Part shown: piece after piece, positions 1 to 9,870 of the stretch
Numbering within the stretch: position 1 is the stretch's first letter
Layout: each line of letters opens with the position of its first letter
NCBI GenBank assembly: GCA_001643675.2
Contig: LSRY02000013.1
Coordinates: forward strand, 992,001-1,056,000
DNA length: 64,000 nucleotides
Direction of reading: 5' to 3'
Origin: Monocercomonoides exilis PA203
Taxonomy: Eukaryota > Protista > Preaxostyla
Translations under genes and position numbers: made by a program
The notes under the pieces: model-generated
Seen by the model: only the letters and a program-made list of their open reading frames with translations
Databases searched by the model: none
What the model was told of the DNA's origin: nothing

Positions 1-79
1 GGGACTTTTTGTTGATTGGCAGCTTCAAACATAAAAAGTGCCAATAAGTAAAAAAGTCCCATTAAAAAGTTGACCCTTC
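1..79. mobile_element. End of a foldback/MITE-like element that truncates the host-family gene
   Basis: 1-10 GGGACTTTTT pairs with 51-60 AAAAAGTCCC, with an inner ATTGGCA/TGCCAAT pair. Three spaced AAAAAGT motifs occur. The minus-strand host-family frame (...CECYLMLHNGLCILPNELVS) breaks at about 80, where this sequence begins. The other end lies outside the window. Confidence 0.5.
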
Positions 80-574
80 ATTGAAACCAATTCGTTTGGC
101 AGGATACATAAACCATTATGCAGCATCAAATAGCATTCACAAAGTCCAACAAGAAGATTTTCGTTTTTCTCACATATTTTTTTTGTTCTCTTCAATTATC
201 ATCCTTTCAAATCTTTCATACACAGAAAATTCTTCAAAGAATACGTTCCATATTCTTTTTAGTACTTTGCAACATCTTAGATACTTTAACAATAATGATG
301 TGTTTTCCATTGTTATTTTCTTTTCTTCAATCATTTCATGAATTTTGTTGAAAATTTTTGTCGTGAAAACAGTTTCGAATTCATTTCCATCCATTCAATC
401 AATTACTTCATTCATTTCTTCGATTTTCTGTTTCTGCTCTTCCTCATTTCAATGTTCATTCTTAGAAAACAATTCTTCATTAAATAAAGATAAAAATTTA
501 AATAGCATCAATCAAGAATTCAAATGCAACAACATTAGCACACCTGTAAACTTTCTTGATAGAACGCAGTGAGA

Positions 575-640
575 CAGGATTTGCTCCGAAATAATGAGTA
601 TTGTTCACGATTTATGGGCGGTTTAAGTGAAAACTTCGCC
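575..640. repeat. DIRS inverted terminal repeat (3' copy); partner at 4996-5060
   Basis: AATAATGAGTATTGTTCACGATTTATGGGCGGTTTAAG (590-627) is the exact reverse complement of 5009-5046. The match extends imperfectly to ...AACTTCGCC and CAGG(A)TTTGCTCC. Confidence 0.93.
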
Positions 641-1212
641 CTCCCAAAATGACGTGGGAAAAAGGGCGAGATGAAAATATAGACAAAAACATTTAGACAA
701 AAATAAGTGTATTTTGAATTGTCCGCTTCACTTCACCACCTTCTTCGCCTTTTTGCCTTGGTCACGAAGACCAGAGGGCAGGGGACATTGCCCCTCGGAG
801 CTTTCTCCTGCAGTCAGTGCAGGGATCCGGTGAGGCGAATATAATCAAGGAGCAGAAAGAAAAACCACTCTCGCTTCCGCGAGGCGTGGAAAAGAAAACT
901 GCATGTTATGCGCTCTGCCTCCTGCTCTTCTGCTGCATCAGCAGAGCAACCCCAATCATCACACACTGCATATTAAATATTCAATTCTTCTCTGTAAAAA
1001 CAATAATAATCTTACAAAGGAGTAGGATCATGCTTGAACTTTTTATTTGTTTCCATGTTTCTCAAAAAAGGTTCTTGGTGTACATTAATATCTTCGGGCG
1101 GTTGATCTTTTCCTCTATCCTTCTATATCTCGCCCTTTTTCTCGTCATATTCCTCCAAATATGTTTCTCTCTGACGCACCCAGCCGCTCTGAGTCTCTCC
1201 ATCCGCGTTAGT

Positions 1213-1309
1213 ATTATTTCGGAGCAAATCCTGTCTCACTGCGTTCTATCAATTCGCAATAGAGCGAATATCCGAACGCAAGAAGCAGGTTTGCTCCTCA
1301 ATAATGAGT
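1213..1309. repeat. Internal complementary region (ICR) of the DIRS element
   Basis: 1213-1252 is the reverse complement of 556-595 (40/40). 1250-1309 is the reverse complement of 5037-5096 (59/60). The two halves overlap at CAA (TTG on the other strand), i.e. the circle-junction sequence. Confidence 0.93.
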
Positions 1310-4300
1310 TTTGAAATCCCTTTTTAAATATTTATTCTTACTTAATTTTATATTTATTTATTTATATATAATGATCTTAAACCCTCCTGCCTAGCACGTC
1401 ATCGTGCGGCGGATGATTAGAGAGCCTGCGGATGAAGGTGCGGCCATTGTCTCTACTCCCTTTATTTCTTGAGGTGTTTCCGAGGTGTTCTCGACCGGGA
1501 ATTCGTTCCTCTTGAGTTCTTTATTATATAACCTTGACTTCTTTCTCCATTCTTCCTCCGGTCTGTGCCCTTCTTTCTCTGTGAGGCAGTGCGTCTGCTT
1601 CCAGTCAGTTCGCTTCCGCTGCTGGGAATTATGAGGGATGTTCTCCGACTCTCGAGTGATCGGAATAAGTTGTGTTGTGATTGAGTTCTTTCTCTCAACT
1701 TTCTCTCTTCTCAGCTCAGGAAGTCTTGTCTCTTTAAATTCTTCCCTTTTCTCATATCTTCATCTCCCCCAGCTTCTGATATATGTATATATATATATAT
1801 ACATATTTGATACAATATTTCATCTCTGAATTTGCATTCTCGATTCACATATCCTTCATTCCTCCACTTATATCCAACTTTTCTTCTTCTCCACGAGGGG
1901 GTTCTTGAAAGTCGATCGTCAACAGGATCCATTTCATATCTTGAACAAGAAAAATGTTTTAAATTTTCTGTCCACTCTTGATCCTTGCTCCCCTCTTGCG
2001 TGTATCTTTCTCGCTTTCCAATCTCAACATTTTCTTCTTGATATGTGTATTATAACTTTATGTCTAATCGAGAGCGCGGTCAAATGATCGTGTATTTCAT
2101 ACTCTCTTAGAATAGCTTCTAACTCTTCTTTTATTCTCTGCATATTTGTAGGCTCACCTTCTTTAATATCAACCGCACGTGTTCATCTTTTTAAAATAAT
2201 CCTGGAAAAATCCAACTCACGTTGGAGCGTTTCTTCTGTATCGATGATTGAGTTTGGATGTTTGTTAATATCGATTTTTATTGTCTTCCTTAATGTTATC
2301 TTTATCTGCACTTCTATTAATGCTGCATTCTCTTTCAATATAGAACACTACCTTCTCAATCTCTCCAGCTCAGCTGGCTCAAACGTTACAAAATTTCTGT
2401 GAGGATAGGGGCTCTCCTCTGTGATGCTTGCGTGTCTATTGAGTTAAATGTGGTGTCTTCCACATTTAGTTAAAATTGTTAATTCCTGCATTGATCAATA
2501 TTGTTTTCCACTTCTCGGCATATCTCTAACGTGAGTTTAGGAGAAGAATCAATATCTTTCTCATTCGTCTCAAATTCTCTGAAAATGTTAATAGACTCGA
2601 ATACTCTTCGTTCAGCTTTATTGATCTCTCCACTTGAAAAATTCGTATTCGATTGGTTCCCAATAAATTCTGCCATAATTCACTTGGCATCTTTTTCAAT
2701 GAGGGGGTCAGTATCACCAGAACTTTGCTTGTTCAAGAATTGTAAATCTTCGCAGAGCTCTCCCTGTATCTCTTTCACTATTTGGGTTACTCAATATTAC
2801 TGCTGATATGTCCTTCGCTCCAACGTATTCTCTCCATGCTTGAAAAGGTTTCCTTCTTATATATTTTCCTCTCCAGTCTAACACTAATTATTTTTCATGG
2901 GGGAAAATTCTAGTCATCATTTCTCACCTCTTTAGAGATCAATCCGATGTTTCTCAATAATGGACTAGTTCAATCTCGTAAATAAACAATTCTATCTTTC
3001 TCTTCCTTTTTAAAGAGGATAGTTTACAAATAATTCCGCTGGGCACCGGATCAATCTGGTGTGCGATTATCTACATATAGTCTTCTCGGTGCGATTGTTT
3101 GAAATATCTCTGCCACTTTTTACGCTTTCGGTGCATAGTCCAGTTTTATCTAAGTCTGGCTGAGTGCGTCTATCGGCATTTTTGCTGAGATATGCGAAGT
3201 CTTCTTTGATATATTTCAGCTGCACTATTCAGCTTTTTTCTGTATCCGCCTCTCGCTGTCTTCCGCGGTCACATGCTCTATCTTCTCCTCGCGATTCTTC
3301 GCGGATTTCACTTCTTCAATCTTCTGGAAAAGTTTCGCTGTTTCTATATCTGCACATATCTCGTAATTATGCACTGTTTTTTATAGTATTATCAAATCGC
3401 CATTTCTCTCAATTTCTTTCTCTCCTTTTCTCACAGCAAACTCGGTTCTCTCTTCATATTAACTTTTTCGATCATCAGTTTTTTGTTGCTCCACTATTAT
3501 CTCGCGACAATCCACAAATTTCTTTTTTCTCTCAGTCCAGTAATATTTAGCGGTTTCCCTTATGTGATAATTTCTCTTATAATGAAACGTATCATTTCGA
3601 ATTATAAATTAATGATATTTCACTTATTCAGTTTTAATATTGTTTCGTAATACAGCTTGTCAATATTTCCTTTGCAAAGCCAAAAGATTTTCAGAGATTT
3701 CTATCTCAATTATCATCTAGCTGCGAAGCGCGGTTCTCTGCTATCTCTCCTCTCATAGTCTTGGTATTGAACGCGGTCTCTCTCTCCTCTCTTAATCTCG
3801 TGGTAAAGCACGACTTTCTATTCTCTCTCTTTTCTCATTATCTCAAGATCCAACTCGGTTTGATTCTTTGTAACTCTCTCCCGAATATGCACAGCTTCAT
3901 TCCAAATAATTATCTTGTAACTGTAATGAAATTATCCTTTTATTAAAACATTGCTGTAATATATGTATCGATTATTACAAATATCCTTGCATTATATAAA
4001 TATAAATATTTCGTCACTGTATTTATCGGTATCTCGCGTAACTGCGCAGCTCTTTTCACAATAAATCTTCTTTTCATATCAAGCAGATTCTCTATTTATC
4101 CATCTCTCGCTTCAATTCTCTGCACCTCTTTTATTTAATCAAATCATGATCTCGCAGTAAAGTGCGGCTCTCTCTTCTCTCTCTGTCTCGCGGCAAAGCG
4201 CGGCTCTCTCTTTTCTCTCTTCAATTTTAGTCTTACGATTAAACACGGTTATGTTCATTGTAGTTATTTCGATACAATGCTTTGTCTCATTTTAATTATA

Positions 4301-4995
4301 TATATTCAAATTGTAATCAAATTATTATTGCTATATAATCACTTCTGAATTAATTTACATCTCGCGGCTATGCGCGGATCTTCTTCCTTACAAATTCTAT
4401 CAATATTCTGTTGTTTCTCGTTGGTTTTGTTTAAATTTGAATTCCACAGCATTATATGAATATATCTCTTCTATATTGTATATATTTTTTATATTGTTTC
4501 GAAATTTCATTAGATAGGTAATTCTTTCTCCAAAATAATCTCTCTGCAATTTGTGGATCTATCTCTTAAAATTCTTGCGATATCAAGCACTTTCTTAATA
4601 TATCGATATCTTGCTTCAATACATTGTTCTAATTCCTTCATTTTGTTTAAACATCTCTCGATTTTTTATAGTTTCTGTTTGGACAATTGTCTCGCTGCAC
4701 AATGTGGCTCTAATTCCAATAATTAACTCACAGATTTTTATAGCTTCTGTTCTTGATAAAATCTCTTCACAATGTGCAGCTTGCCGTTCGACATCTTCGG
4801 CTGTGCACTCTCTTCCATTCCGGATGATAAATTTCATGCTTAAATCCTGGTAAATTTTTCACAAAAATATTCCACTTTGACCAGTGTTAAATTTTGATCT
4901 AATTCACTTCCATCGCAGTCTCTGTGTTCTATTGTAACAGGTTGTTGCTTCATTTTCATTGCGGACAATTTGGATCAACTTTGAATTTGAGTATT

Positions 4996-5096
4996 GGCGA
5001 AGTTAGATCTTAAACCGCCCATAAATCGTGAACAATACTCATTATTGAGGAGCAAACCTGCTCCTTGCGTTCGGATATTCGCTCTATTGCGAATTG
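4996..5096. repeat. DIRS inverted terminal repeat (5' copy) plus terminal extension
   Basis: Inverted match to 575-640 and to the ICR segment 1250-1309. Confidence 0.93.
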
Positions 5097-5419
5097 TATT
5101 ATCCGACTCTCGCATTGAAAATACATTGCAGCGAGAAATTCATGTTGTTTTTATCATTAGAATTGAATGTTCATATCATTGATTGATGAAATTGAAGCAA
5201 GTTTAAACTTGAATCAACCATGAAAATATCTGCGTTCGTACTGAATTTTCTTGTGTAAGCATTTATTACAAAATATTCGGAAGAGAAACAACTCTTTATC
5301 CATTGATCCTTATTTGGTAATGGTTATGATGATCGAATAATTATATTTGAATAAGATTATCCATTGGAAAGACGAGAGATTGGAAAATGATAATTTTCTG
5401 CAGAATTGACAGTATTATT

Positions 5420-5870
5420 TTGTGAGGTGGTACGAGACAGCAACAACGGGAAATTGATTTTGGAATTGGGGGAGATGATTTTTATGAAAAGCATCTTCGA
5501 AGGAAATTTCTTTTTTAAAAATAACATATGAAAATTATAATGTGTGCATTTTTTATTGTTCTTGTTCATTTTAAAGATGTTTCCATCTGTGGTCTTCTCA
5601 GAGAACAAGAATCTGATAAATTACATTAAATGGACATTTCTTTGTTTTTCTGAGGAGAACATCAGAAGAGAGCCGGATACTGGGATACAATCAGCAGATG
5701 GGAATTGCATATTTTCCTTATTTCATTGGAAGAAGAGATGAAAAACAAATTCGACTGAAAAGCATTTGGATGAAGTGGAAAGAAGAATGCCAACAATTGT
5801 GCAGCATTTGGAGAAAATATTTTCTTACTGTGGAAAAAAGTGAATGAAAATATTTAAAGCAGGATATTTT
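5420..5870 (+). repeat. Conserved upstream block co-duplicated with the host-family gene; paralogous to ~62560-63007
   Basis: Shared strings include TTATTGTTCTTGTTCATTTT, TGTTTCCATCTGTGG, CATCAGAAGAGAG and CAGATGGGAATTGCATATTTTCCTTATT, at similar distance upstream of the ATGs at 5115 and 62252. Confidence 0.85.
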
Positions 5871-6116
5871 TTTTTGTGAATAAAGGATGATTGAGAAAGG
5901 AGCACTGCAAAACAAGGGAAAAGGAGATTGACAGCATCGGTGATTGGACAATCTTCTGTTTTCGCAACAGAAAGTGCATGCGTGTTCTTTTGAAGATTTT
6001 TAATAATCAATTAAAATGCAGGGCATTTTGATCTTCTAGAAAATTATCAATTCAATTTCTTCTCTTCATATTTGAGAGAAGTTGCTTTCATGTGGCATGT
6101 CACTTTCGCGATCAAA

Positions 6117-6930
6117 ATGAATAGCGCCTCCCCACCACCAATTGCTCCTTTAATCTTCACGCTTCCTTCGCAAAATGTTGATCAGAGCCACGAAGGAAGA
6201 ATAGCAGAGGAAAATGAAGAAGAAGGTGCGAAAGAAGATATAGATATGATGGATGATATTTTAATGGCAATAAACATAACAGATCCAACAATTTCCTTTT
6301 TCGACTTAAAATTATCAAGATCTGAATTGGAAGATGAAACAACATTTTACAACGAGCTTGATTTTAATCCTGTGATTAGCAAGAGCCCACCCGCAGCAGT
6401 TAGGTCACAGTTCTGGTATCGCGACGCATTGGACAAAGCAGGCGAGCAGGTCGAAAGATATTTTTTCCAGCCCACAAAACAATGCTATTATCCATTCAGA
6501 ACATAAAGATGAAACCAGATTTAGCTCGTGAGATGACAAAAGATGCGTTGTTACTAATGACTCAGGCAATTCAAGAAGCCAGAAGAGCTCGGATACAAGG
6601 CAGATTCGGGTTCACAGCAGCGAAAAAGATGGAGGCAGACACAACGGGAGGCTTATTAACAAAGAGACAACAAGACATTTTGGAGGAGGTTCGTATTGAA
6701 CAGAAGCATGTTCTAAAAGCCACATAGGCGATAAATAACAAGAGAACATTTAACGCTCGAAGATCATCATTCAAAGCAACGCAGGCAAAGGGCTACAGTA
6801 GTCGGCGGTTTTTTCGAAGTTGGACCCGGACGCCTCGAAGTCAACCCTCTTTTCGAAACTCCCAAAGAAGGTCAGCGGAAGCTTGGAGAAGGGGAGTTTC
6901 AGGGCGTTCCGAGGGAGGAAAGAAATATTA
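6117..6930 (+). pseudogene. gag-like ORF1 of the DIRS element (frameshift ~6480, TAG at 6725)
   Basis: ORFs 6072-6506 and 6482-6727, then an Arg-rich tail, immediately upstream of RT. Assignment is by position. Confidence 0.6.
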
Positions 6931-7127
6931 AGGAGCACGCAAAAATAAATTGGAGGCAGAGCTGCAATGTATTTGCAGGAATGGGACAAGATAAAGGGAG
7001 GAAAATTAATCAGACTTTGTGCTCATGTTGAAGGGAAGGACAAAAGAGCAAAAGAAAGATTGGAAAATAGATCATAGGAAGATGGAGCAAACAAATGAGA
7101 TAAGAACAGCAGAGAGTTATCAGAAGT

Positions 7128-8528
7128 GTGCTAAAGGAACAACTCGAAACTAGAATAATCAGCATGAACTTGGAAAACCGGGTCAAATTCGGAAACAATA
7201 TATTTTTGGTCAAAAAGAAGTCGGGAGCTTGGCATCAGATCCTAGATTATCGTCCCCTAAATGCAGCAATGAAGAGGTTACACTTCAAATGCGAGAGCGA
7301 GAGAACTGTAGAACACCTCATCCAAAAAGACGATTATGCAATTACGTTGGATCTTGCTCAAGTATATAACCTCATTCACGTCTCACCAGATTTAAAACCG
7401 AATCTCAGTTTCAAGTTCGAAGGAACAGATTATTCATTCGAAGGAATGCCGTTTGGATTTATGGATGCGCCAAGGATCTTCACAAAGATTATGAGGAAGG
7501 TTACAAGATCCATAAAGGAAAGATGGAACGTGAGAGTGATCGCGTATCTCGACGATATGATAATACTCCACCAGGACAAAGAGTATTTCATAAGAATAAA
7601 GAACCAAGTGATGTTGTTCTTGGAAAGTTTGGGACTTCTGGTTCACAAGGACAAATGCCAGTTGGAACCAACGAAGAGATTCACCTATTGGAGCTTCAAC
7701 TGGGATACAGAGGAGTTCACAACGAGATTGGGAAAAGACAGAGCTTCTTCTCTTGTTGCTCTCCTCAGTCTCTGGGAGAAGAAGAGCGTCAAGGTCAAAC
7801 AAGTTCGTATTAAAGATTTCGCTTCACTAATTGGGAAGATAAATGCAGTTCGCTTTTTCATACAAGAAACATCACTCCGGATGGTGGGCCTGCATCGTCT
7901 GCTCCAGAAGAATGTGAGGACATCAGGATGGAGCGGGATAATGAAGATGAATGCCTATGTTCTGAAGGAGTTACGGGAATGGAAATGGATTCTGAACCTG
8001 AGCATGCCTCGACAATTACAAACAGTATTTTCCCGCCAAGCAACACTCACAACAGATGCATCGGAGCTAGCTTTGGGAGCGACACTTCGAATCAACAACA
8101 GAATTCTGGACTTGCATGCAAAGTTCCACAAATACGCTCGCAGCAAATCTTCAAACAACAGGGAACAGTTGGCTGTGTTATTGGCACTCCATCATTTCTC
8201 ACAAATAATCAAAACCAACAAAATATCTCAACTTCAATTGAGGTCGGACAACAGCTCTGTTCTCTTCAACATCAATCGGTGGAATGCGGGGAAGAATCTC
8301 AGGCCAGTTCTTCGAAAGATATGGAAGTGGAAAGAAGCAACGAAGGTGCAGATGAAAGCTCAACATCTTCCAGGGACACGAAACAGCAGAGTAGATGCAT
8401 TATCTCGACTCGAAAGAGCAGGGTACTACGCCATTAAAGAAAAAACCTTCAAAAAAGTTATATCGCTCACCAAAATCAAACCGAATTTCAACGCCTTTTT
8501 TAGCTCAGCACAATCACAAGATGGATAA
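7128..8528 (+). CDS. Reverse transcriptase + RNase H of the DIRS element (5' part disrupted)
   Basis: Motifs ILDYRPLN, TLDLAQVY, GMPFG..DAPRIFTK, AYLDDM, TTDASELALGA, SSNNREQLAV, RSDNSSV, HLPGTRNSRVDALSR. Confidence 0.95.
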   Translation: MLKEQLETRIISMNLENRVKFGNNIFLVKKKSGAWHQILDYRPLNAAMKRLHFKCESERTVEHLIQKDDYAITLDLAQVYNLIHVSPDLKPNLSFKFEGTDYSFEGMPFGFMDAPRIFTKIMRKVTRSIKERWNVRVIAYLDDMIILHQDKEYFIRIKNQVMLFLESLGLLVHKDKCQLEPTKRFTYWSFNWDTEEFTTRLGKDRASSLVALLSLWEKKSVKVKQVRIKDFASLIGKINAVRFFIQETSLRMVGLHRLLQKNVRTSGWSGIMKMNAYVLKELREWKWILNLSMPRQLQTVFSRQATLTTDASELALGATLRINNRILDLHAKFHKYARSKSSNNREQLAVLLALHHFSQIIKTNKISQLQLRSDNSSVLFNINRWNAGKNLRPVLRKIWKWKEATKVQMKAQHLPGTRNSRVDALSRLERAGYYAIKEKTFKKVISLTKIKPNFNAFFSSAQSQDG

Positions 8529-8860
8529 ATGGTGTTGTGTAGAAAGCCCCATAGCAGAGGACGGGCTGTCAGTTCCTTGCATTCAGGAATGTGTTCTTGC
8601 CCATTCTCCAATTCCGCTGATTCTGATGGTGATTCGGAAAGCACAGCAGGAGAGAGCTCAAGTTGCTCTACTCCTGCTGAACTGGAAAGGCAAGAATTGG
8701 GAAGTTCTTTTGTCCGACAGCAACTTCTTCAGTTGGGAACTGAATTACAATATACAGGAACTGATGGAAGGTCCATCAATGAAGAAGACAGGAGCGAATC
8801 TTCCTCCTGGGAAGCTCAGGTTAATTCTTCTGAATCCCTCAAAAGAAAAGGTCAACAGTT
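8470..8860 (+). pseudogene. DIRS methyltransferase-like domain, frameshifted from RT-RH
   Basis: ...AEDGLSVPC..ECVLAHSPIPLILMVIRKAQQERAQVALLLLNWKGKNW... matches the HPPIPLI / P.W..Q.W pattern that follows RNase H in DIRS elements. The xPPx motif is degenerate (HSPI). Confidence 0.7.
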
Positions 8861-9870
8861 TTGGAAACAAGCCTAACAGGAACGAAAGATTTCAAAGGAG
8901 CTTGGTGAGCAATGCAGACAAGGCGTTGTCCAATCCACATTCGATGGATACCTTTTCTGATTTGCACGTTTTACCGAACAATGGAAACTATGCGGACACA
9001 CAGTAATACCAGACAACCTACCAGAGTGGACTGCAAAATGTGCAGACGTGTTTTTATCCTTAAAGAATAAAGGGGTTAAAGTATCTGTGCTTCAGATGAT
9101 CAGAGCAGCGGTGTCCTTTTTCTCATCGCTCGCATTCAACACAGCCTTGGGAGAGATTCCAATTATTAGAACACTTTTCCGGTCGTTCAGAAGGACAGAC
9201 ACGGTAAGGAAGAAGATAGCGCATGAGATATGGAATCCGAAAACACTGCTTAAATACAATAATGAACTGGGATTCAATTTCAATCTAACTTTCTAAGCAC
9301 TTACACAGAAAGTTATAACTCTTACAATGCTTTTTTCCGCCTGCAGGTTCACTGAATTAGATGGGGTGGACATGTCCCAATCTGCAATAACAGAGGATGG
9401 TGTATATTTGGATACCTCCTTAAAGACATTAAATGACAGAACAGAGATCGCAGTTCCTTTTCCGTCAGAAGTTCCTTTCATTTGCCCAGCTTCAGCAATC
9501 AGAACGTTATGGGAAACTGTTCAAACGAAAAATTGCAGAACTACCCATTTGTTGCTTAACACAGATACCTTTGAGCCTCTCACTGTTTCTGGAATCAGAA
9601 GGCTGGCGAAGGATGCAATGGAAGAAGCAGGAATTCCAAGGAAATTCACGCCTTATTCTCTCAAATCTGCAACTCTATTTGCATAAACAATGACCGACAT
9701 TCAACAGGCACAGATTGCAAAATTCGCTCGTCTTTCACCAAGGACCAATACGTCAGTCAAATATTTCTTTACGAGTCGATTATCCAAATCAATGGCAGAC
9801 GTTATTGTTGCAACAATGAATGAGACAACAATGGAAGGAGAAGGAAGCCACTCAGAAAATGGAGAATAAG
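8860..9870 (+). pseudogene. Tyrosine recombinase of the DIRS element (in-frame stops at 9294 and 9684)
   Basis: RAAVS, EIWNP, LFSACRFTEL (catalytic Arg box), SLKT, FICPASAI, FTPYSLKSA, FARLSPRTNTSVKY. Confidence 0.88.

Larger units (their letters stand above)
556..5096 (-). mobile_element. DIRS-type tyrosine-recombinase retroelement, degenerate/non-autonomous, with ITRs and ICR
   Basis: Perfect 38-bp inverted core at 590-627 and 5009-5046. ICR 1213-1309 is complementary to both outer ends, and TTG sits at both boundaries. Decayed minus-strand motifs: RT N-terminus KFVDCRE (~3500-3520), RNase H end DALS (~3160-3172), YR boxes VTFEPAELERL (~2360-2390) and HLTALSIRHKVI...HARGEQGSRV (~1970-2090). 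Confidence 0.9.
80..5115 (-). pseudogene. Expanded 3-exon helical-protein family copy 1, split by a DIRS element in exon 1 and truncated in exon 2
   Basis: Exon 2 remnant (MDGNEFETVFTTKIFNKIHEMIEEKKITMENTSLLLKY..., ENLLVGLCECYLML) carries in-frame stops. Removing the insertion restores exon 1 ATG CGA GAG TCG GAT AAT ACA AGA AAG TTT ACA G|GT (MRESDNTRKFT), matching MQEKNNTKKFT|GT of the paralog at 62252. Confidence 0.85.

Noticed and set aside
636-950. Hammerhead ribozyme or tRNA in the structured region
   Set aside because: No CUGAnGA/GAAA core with proper stems, and no T-loop or anticodon-arm geometry could be found.
817-1314. 165-aa plus-strand ORF
   Set aside because: GTG start, no motif, and it lies antisense across the non-coding 3' region and ICR of the DIRS element.
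3715-4385. CRISPR-like repeat-spacer array
   Set aside because: Repeats are too divergent, spacing is irregular, spacers are low-complexity CT tracts, the context is eukaryotic and there are no cas genes.
6725-9686. In-frame TAA/TAG in the DIRS ORFs as evidence for TAR=Gln recoding, which occurs in some oxymonads
   Set aside because: Intact host genes end in TAA or TAG at the expected C-termini, long Gln-rich ORFs use CAA/CAG only, and the element also has frameshifts.
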